Part shown: positions 59,540 through 64,000 of the stretch, piece by piece
How the letters are laid out: each line of letters opens with the position of its first letter
Position numbering within the stretch: the first letter of the stretch is position 1
Assembly (NCBI GenBank): GCA_035353055.1
Contig: DAOPYW010000002.1
Location: forward strand, 4,574 to 68,573
Length of the DNA: 64,000 nucleotides
Direction: 5' to 3'
Origin: Bacilli bacterium
GTDB taxonomy: Bacteria; Bacillota_I; Bacilli_A; RFN20; CAG-826
Made by a program: the position numbers and the translations under genes
The notes under the pieces: model-generated
The model's database searches: none
What the model was told of the DNA's origin: nothing
What the model saw: only the letters and a program-made list of their open reading frames with translations

Positions 59540-61936
59540 ATGACTTACGACCATCGAAAAATTGAAAATAAGTGGCAAAAATATTGGGAAGACCATCAGA
59601 CATTTAAAACTGATGTCTATGATTTTTCTAAGCCCAAATACTACGTTTTAGACATGTTTCCCTATCCCTCTGGTGTCGGCCTTCACGCCGGGCACCCAGA
59701 AGGCTATACAGCCACGGATATCCTCAGCCGCATGAAAAGGATGCAAGGATTTAATGTCCTTCACCCGATGGGCTACGATTCCTTTGGGCTTCCTGCGGAG
59801 CAATACGCGATTCAAACCGGGCATAATCCTAAAGGATTTACCGAGAAAAACATCGCTTATTTTACCAACCAGCTCAAAGAGCTCGGCTTCGATTACGATT
59901 GGAGCAAGCAAATATCCACCAGCGACCCATCTTTCTATAAATGGACTCAATGGATTTTTAGAGGTCTATTCCTCGATGGATATGCTAAGTATGTCGATAT
60001 GCCAGTCAACTGGTGCGAAGCGTTGGGCACTGTTCTCTCTAATGATGAAGTCATCGATGGCAAATCAGAGCGCGGTGGTTTCCCAGTCGTCAGAAAAAAT
60101 TTAAAGCAGTGGGTCATCGATCAGCCTCAATTCGCTGAGTCGCTATTATCTGGTCTCGATTATCTCGATTGGCCAGAATCCACGAAAGAAATACAGCGAA
60201 ACTGGATTGGCAGAAGCGAAGGAGCAGCGATTCGCTTTGCTGTCGCTGATTCCGATCAAACCTTTGAAGTTTTTACCACTCGCGTCGACACATTATTTGG
60301 CGCGACTTATTGCGTCTTATCTCCGGAGCATCCTCTAGTGAATATGATCGTTGCCGAAGATAAAAAAGCTGAAGTGAGAGCCTACATTGAAGAGGCTAGT
60401 TCAAAGAGCGAATTAGAGAGGACTTCTTTAAATAAAGAAAAAACCGGATGTTTCATCGGCAGGTACGCGATTAATCCCGCGAATCAAAAGAGGATTCCGA
60501 TCTTTATTTCTGACTATGTCCTATCTTCTTATGGCACGGGAGCGATTATGGCGGTTCCCGCCCACGATAGCCGCGATTATGCTTTCGCGAAGAAATTTCA
60601 TCTCGATATCATCCAAGTCCTGGAAGGCGGAAACGTGGAAAGCGAAGCCTTTGAGGGAGATGGACTCCATATCAATTCCGGCTTTATCAACGGGTTGAAT
60701 AAGCAGGAAGCCATCGATAAGATAATCGAATTCATTTCCTCTCGCCAAATTGGGGAGAGAAAAGTTAACTATAAATTCCGCGAATGGGTTTTCGCTAGGC
60801 AGAGATACTGGGGCGAACCCGTTCCAGTCGTTCACCTGAGCGATGGAAGCATCCACGCATTAAGCGATCAAGAGCTTCCCCTCATCCTTCCCGATTTAAA
60901 AGATTATTCCGGTCACAATGGCCTAGCTCCTTTGGAGAACGCGGCCGAATGGAAGCGCTATTCTCACGATGGCATCAAAGGTCTCCGCGAGACTTCAACC
61001 ATGCCCGGAAGCGCTGGATCCAGCTGGTATTTCTTGCGCTATGTTGACCCACAAAATAATGATATTTTCTGCGATAAAAAACTAGCGGACCACTGGTTGC
61101 CAGTCGACTTATATGTCGGCGGTTCAGAACACGCGGTCGGACATCTAATCTACGCGCGAATTTGGACCAAATATCTCCACCAAAAAGGCTATCTTTCTTT
61201 TGATGAGCCATTCAAGAAGTTATATCATCAGGGAATGATTTTGGGAGCTAATGGAATTAAAATGGGCAAGCGATATGCCGAATTTGCCATTGATCCCAGC
61301 GATATAGTGAAGAAGTACGGCGCTGACACGCTCCGCCTATATGAGATGTTCATGGGGCCATTGGAGGCCAGCAAACCCTGGAGTGATCAAGGCGTTGAAG
61401 GAGCTAGAAGATTTATCGACCGCGTCTTTCGCTTGTTTGCTGAATCAAACTGCGTGACCAATGAAACGGTACCAGAGCTCGATCTCGTCTATCATCAGAC
61501 CGTTAAAAAAGTTTCCGAAGATTACGAAAATTTAGCTTTTAACACTGCGATTAGTCAGATGATGATTTTCATCAATGAAGTCTATCGCCTCAATCGCATT
61601 TCTCTTCCCTACGCGGAAGGATTTGTCAAACTAATTTCCTGCATTATTCCTCATGTTGGTGAAGAGCTATGGGAAATACTTGGACATCATGAGACCATCG
61701 CTTTTTCATCTTGGCCCACCTATGATCCAAGCAAAATTGTCACCTCTACGGTCAACATGGCGGTCTCAGTCAATGGAAAGCTGAGAGCGACGATTGAAGT
61801 TAATAAAGACCTCGATGACAAGGAAGTGGAAGAGATAGCTTTGAAGCAAGAAGGCGTCCTCCGTCACACCGAGGGCAAAGCCATCAAAAAAATTATTGTC
61901 GTTAAAAATAAAATAATTAACATTGTTGTTGTATAA
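59540..61936 (+). CDS. leuS: Leucine--tRNA ligase
   Basis: HAGH (HIGH) and KMGKR (KMSKS) class I signatures. 798 aa. Confidence 0.95.
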   Translation: MTYDHRKIENKWQKYWEDHQTFKTDVYDFSKPKYYVLDMFPYPSGVGLHAGHPEGYTATDILSRMKRMQGFNVLHPMGYDSFGLPAEQYAIQTGHNPKGFTEKNIAYFTNQLKELGFDYDWSKQISTSDPSFYKWTQWIFRGLFLDGYAKYVDMPVNWCEALGTVLSNDEVIDGKSERGGFPVVRKNLKQWVIDQPQFAESLLSGLDYLDWPESTKEIQRNWIGRSEGAAIRFAVADSDQTFEVFTTRVDTLFGATYCVLSPEHPLVNMIVAEDKKAEVRAYIEEASSKSELERTSLNKEKTGCFIGRYAINPANQKRIPIFISDYVLSSYGTGAIMAVPAHDSRDYAFAKKFHLDIIQVLEGGNVESEAFEGDGLHINSGFINGLNKQEAIDKIIEFISSRQIGERKVNYKFREWVFARQRYWGEPVPVVHLSDGSIHALSDQELPLILPDLKDYSGHNGLAPLENAAEWKRYSHDGIKGLRETSTMPGSAGSSWYFLRYVDPQNNDIFCDKKLADHWLPVDLYVGGSEHAVGHLIYARIWTKYLHQKGYLSFDEPFKKLYHQGMILGANGIKMGKRYAEFAIDPSDIVKKYGADTLRLYEMFMGPLEASKPWSDQGVEGARRFIDRVFRLFAESNCVTNETVPELDLVYHQTVKKVSEDYENLAFNTAISQMMIFINEVYRLNRISLPYAEGFVKLISCIIPHVGEELWEILGHHETIAFSSWPTYDPSKIVTSTVNMAVSVNGKLRATIEVNKDLDDKEVEEIALKQEGVLRHTEGKAIKKIIVVKNKIINIVVV

Positions 61937-61982
61937 TAAAAAAGCACGATACTCACATAGTGAGATTGTAGCGGAGGTAAAC

Positions 61983-62762
61983 ATGAACTTATGCATAGAT
62001 GTGGGCAATACCACAATCAACATTGGCCTATTTGTTGATAATCGGCTAATTGATCAATTTTCTTTGACTGTCGACATGGTTAAAACCCAGGATGAATACG
62101 CGGCTTTAATCAAGCAGCAAGTAGAGACAAAACGCATTGATATAAAACTAATCAATAATATCATTTTCTCTTCAGTGGTTCCGCTTTTAAACGTCCCATT
62201 AAAAGGAGCTTTGAAAAGCGTTTTTCATCATGAATTAATGGTCATTGAACCAGGAGTTAAAACCGGCCTGACCTTTAAAGTTGATAACCCCTTAGAAATC
62301 GGCAATGATTTGATCGCTGATTTAGTGGGCGTCAAAGAGATTTATGGTTACCCATGTATCATCGCTGACCTAGGGACAGCTAGCAAGATCCTTCTCCTCG
62401 ATAAAGATGGATACTTTTCTTCAGCATTGATTATGCCTGGCATATCTATCAGCGCGGAAAACTTGACCAATCGCGCTGCCCTATTACCCAGCGTTTCTTT
62501 AGAAAAGCCCAAATCTGTTTTGGCGAAGAACACAATTGAAGCGATGAATTCCGGAATTCTTTATGGCCATAGCGACATGATTTTAGGCTTGATTGCTCGC
62601 GTGGAAAAAGAGCTGGGATATTCGACAAAACATATCCTCACTGGTGGTGGGGCTGTCTACATTAAAGACATCTTAAAAAATGATTTTATATTCGATCAAA
62701 ACATCAATTTGATTGGCTTGAATATTATCATCAATAAAAATGGTGGCCGCTATGAGAAATAA
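61983..62762 (+). CDS. coaX: Type III pantothenate kinase
   Basis: N-terminal DVGNTTINIG (Bvg accessory factor/CoaX family). Start at internal ATG after GGAGG RBS. Confidence 0.8.
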   Translation: MNLCIDVGNTTINIGLFVDNRLIDQFSLTVDMVKTQDEYAALIKQQVETKRIDIKLINNIIFSSVVPLLNVPLKGALKSVFHHELMVIEPGVKTGLTFKVDNPLEIGNDLIADLVGVKEIYGYPCIIADLGTASKILLLDKDGYFSSALIMPGISISAENLTNRAALLPSVSLEKPKSVLAKNTIEAMNSGILYGHSDMILGLIARVEKELGYSTKHILTGGGAVYIKDILKNDFIFDQNINLIGLNIIINKNGGRYEK

Positions 62763-63360
62763 CAAGATTTTTCAGATGACTCTGTCTGCGGTTATAATCG
62801 CCATTATTGCAGTGATTTCATTTGTGCCTAATGTGGGTTATATATCTTACGGAATTGTTTCGATCTGTACCATTCACATTATTGTCTTAATTGTCGCTTT
62901 GTTATTTGGATGGAAACAAGGATTAGTCGCTGGAACGGCCTTTGGCGTTTTTAGCTTATTAAGAGCGCTAACGATGCCTGCTAGCTCGATAGACTTTGCC
63001 TTCGTGAATCCATTAATCTCCGTTCTCCCTCGCGCAGCCTTTGGCTTGCTTGCCGGACTCTTATTTGAAGCTGCCAAAAAAACCAAATCGCTTCCAACCC
63101 GATCAATTCTATTTGTCGTTAGTTCGATTATGATGACCATCTTTCACACAGTCACTGTCCTTTTAATGCTTTGGGCTTTCAAATCAACCGCCGCCTTTAA
63201 CGATAACTTTATGAATGTTTTAACAATCATTATCTCGCTGAATGCAGTGATTGAAATGGTGTCCGCCGGAATTGTAGTCCCGCTTTTAGCTTGGCCTCTT
63301 TCCAAAGCGTTCCCTAAATATAATCCTTATCAAAAAAATCAGGATACGAATTCTATTTAA
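62740..63360 (+). CDS. ECF transporter substrate-specific (S) component, possibly pantothenate (PanT) by context
   Basis: ~200-aa 5-6 TM protein typical of ECF S-components. Overlaps coaX by 23 nt. Confidence 0.5.
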   Translation: MVAAMRNNKIFQMTLSAVIIAIIAVISFVPNVGYISYGIVSICTIHIIVLIVALLFGWKQGLVAGTAFGVFSLLRALTMPASSIDFAFVNPLISVLPRAAFGLLAGLLFEAAKKTKSLPTRSILFVVSSIMMTIFHTVTVLLMLWAFKSTAAFNDNFMNVLTIIISLNAVIEMVSAGIVVPLLAWPLSKAFPKYNPYQKNQDTNSI

Positions 63361-63383
63361 TTAAGTCATCAAGGAGAAAATAT

Positions 63384-64000
63384 ATGCAAAAACCTTCCAT
63401 TTATCAAAAATTAGCCCGTAATTATCACGATTTATTATTAGAAAATCTCACTTCTTTCGTAGCAATTGATTCGACCTATGATCAAAGCAGTGTCGACGAA
63501 AATAATCCCTTCGGAAAAGGGGTGAGCCAAGCTTTAAACTTTGTGGCTGACCTGGCCAAAAAAGACGGATTTATCGTCAACAATTACGACAACAAAGTCG
63601 TAGAAATTTTGCTAGGCGAAGGAAAGAAAAATATTACTATCATGGCGCATGTTGACGTAGTTCCTGCCGGAACAGGTTGGCATCAAGATCCCTTTACTGT
63701 CACTGACCACCGAGGCGTTCTTTGCGCACGGGGAGTAGCGGATGATAAAGGCCCTCTTTTAGCATCTTATTACGCAATGAAATTACTTCGGGACAATCAT
63801 CTCTTAGGAGAATACCAAGTTCGCTTTTTAGCAGGCGGAAACGAAGAGCGTGGCTCCCAATGTATGGAGCATTATTTTAAAGAGTTAAAAAAACCTCAAC
63901 CAACCTTGGGCTTTTCTCCAGACTCGGATTTCCCATTGATATATGGCGAAAAAGGAATTATCAATTTTGAGGTTAAAAAATCCATGGATATTAATGGAGT
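63384..64000 (+). CDS. M20-family dipeptidase (PepV/Sapep-like), 3'-truncated by window edge
   Basis: HVDVVPAG and GVADDKGP M20 motifs. Confidence 0.6.
   Translation, partial: MQKPSIYQKLARNYHDLLLENLTSFVAIDSTYDQSSVDENNPFGKGVSQALNFVADLAKKDGFIVNNYDNKVVEILLGEGKKNITIMAHVDVVPAGTGWHQDPFTVTDHRGVLCARGVADDKGPLLASYYAMKLLRDNHLLGEYQVRFLAGGNEERGSQCMEHYFKELKKPQPTLGFSPDSDFPLIYGEKGIINFEVKKSMDING

Noticed and set aside
59500-59545. T-box riboswitch upstream of leuS
   Set aside because: Only 2 nt separate the glgA stop and the leuS start, so there is no leader.

Overview
This window is a gene-dense (~95% coding) stretch of a low-GC, standard-genetic-code, Firmicutes-lineage chromosome. Several traits point to a wall-less Mollicutes/Acholeplasma- or Erysipelotrichia-like organism (inference): many lipobox lipoproteins, a RexB-type AddB without a Walker A motif, a Ser/Thr kinase with no transmembrane segment or PASTA repeats, a PPi-type phosphofructokinase, and ECF transporter components.

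Most of the window is housekeeping:
- rdgB-degV
- trxA
- mrp-pepP-glpK
- addB-addA
- a PPi-type pfk followed by the complete F1Fo ATP synthase operon (atpI-like, atpBEFHAGDC)
- adhE-gpsA
- E. coli-type preT-preA-yccF-ppa-trmL
- rqcH-like
- gmk-priA
- the conserved rsmB-like/rlmN/stp/stk/rsgA/rpe cluster, with rpmB on the opposite strand
- glgC-glgD-glgA-leuS-coaX, an ECF S-component, and a partial M20 dipeptidase

Accessory or unusual content:
1. At 1.5-3.8 kb, a tRNA-Gly(UCC) gene is followed by an IS481-like DDE transposase element. The element has TGT...ACA imperfect inverted repeats and is flanked by perfect 26-bp direct repeats. Next to it lies a ~25% GC islet carrying one orphan gene.
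2. At 4.1-12.7 kb, a divergent locus encodes a TraX-like membrane protein and a zinc-ribbon-CPBP intramembrane protease on one strand. On the other strand is a 2247-aa, four-TM-anchored, acidic N/D/S/T-rich giant surface protein of unknown function. This is the most likely undescribed system in the window.
3. A 377-aa unknown ORF is translationally coupled to the 3' end of addA.
4. Two paralogous CxxC (thioredoxin-like) lipoproteins are present.
5. The RsmB homologue is degenerate and lacks the SAM-binding and catalytic-Cys motifs.

No CRISPR array, rRNA or prophage was seen. The IS element is the only mobile element. All functional calls are from reading the translated ORFs; no database searches were run.
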